Virus record (IMG/VR): IMGVR_UViG_3300012940_000033
Coordinates: 1-51,348 of that record
Strand: one strand, 5' to 3'
DNA: 51,348 nt
Source of the DNA: a virus
Taxonomy: Duplodnaviria; Caudoviricetes
A program made the translations under genes and the position numbers. Each line of letters opens with the position of its first letter. Within the stretch, counting starts at the first letter, position 1. Below the pieces are notes generated by a model that saw only the letters and a program-made list of their open reading frames with translations, searched no databases and was not told the origin of the DNA. Shown piece after piece: positions 51,275 to 51,348 of the stretch.

Positions 51275-51348
51275 CCGGAATTAGGGAAAACCCTAATCCG
51301 GGGCGGGTAACGTTACGCAAAATCATCAAAATAGTTAGGGTTAACCCT
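51275..51348. repeat. Two related palindromes, TTAGGGAAAACCCTAA and TTAGGGTTAACCCT
   Basis: The first is at 51281-51296 inside a longer imperfect inverted repeat; the second is at the last bases of the window. Confidence 0.7.

Overview
The window is most or all of a GC-rich tailed-phage (siphovirus) genome with Chi-like/Casjensviridae-type gene order. It starts at a probable cos end and an iteron-like repeat cluster. A leftward primase-helicase follows, then a rightward replication block: C5 methyltransferase, DUF2800/Cas4-like nuclease, DUF2815 SSB, family-B DNA polymerase, VRR-NUC, N4C/N6A methyltransferase and SNF2 helicase. Next come lambda-like packaging and head genes, a tail module (frameshifted chaperone, 1648-aa tape measure with a lysozyme domain, SPRY-tipped hub), a lysis cassette and a second fibre module. 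The right arm holds leftward accessory genes (ParB-like, RdgC, MazG-like, SLOG, beta-clamp-like, cupin-like) and a 28-bp tandem repeat array at the end. I recognised no integrase, tRNA or CRISPR array. Most notable observations: (1) a shared C-terminal peptide tag, EDEDPAAGL/DPAEGL, conserved at the protein level on unrelated proteins, within a wider acidic-plus-terminal-Leu pattern; (2) a nested ~140-nt rod-like stem-loop just upstream of (3) a C5 methyltransferase whose motif IX and repeat units lie in an overlapping +1 frame; (4) repeat architectures at both ends. All product calls come from motif recognition and synteny by eye; no database searches were run.
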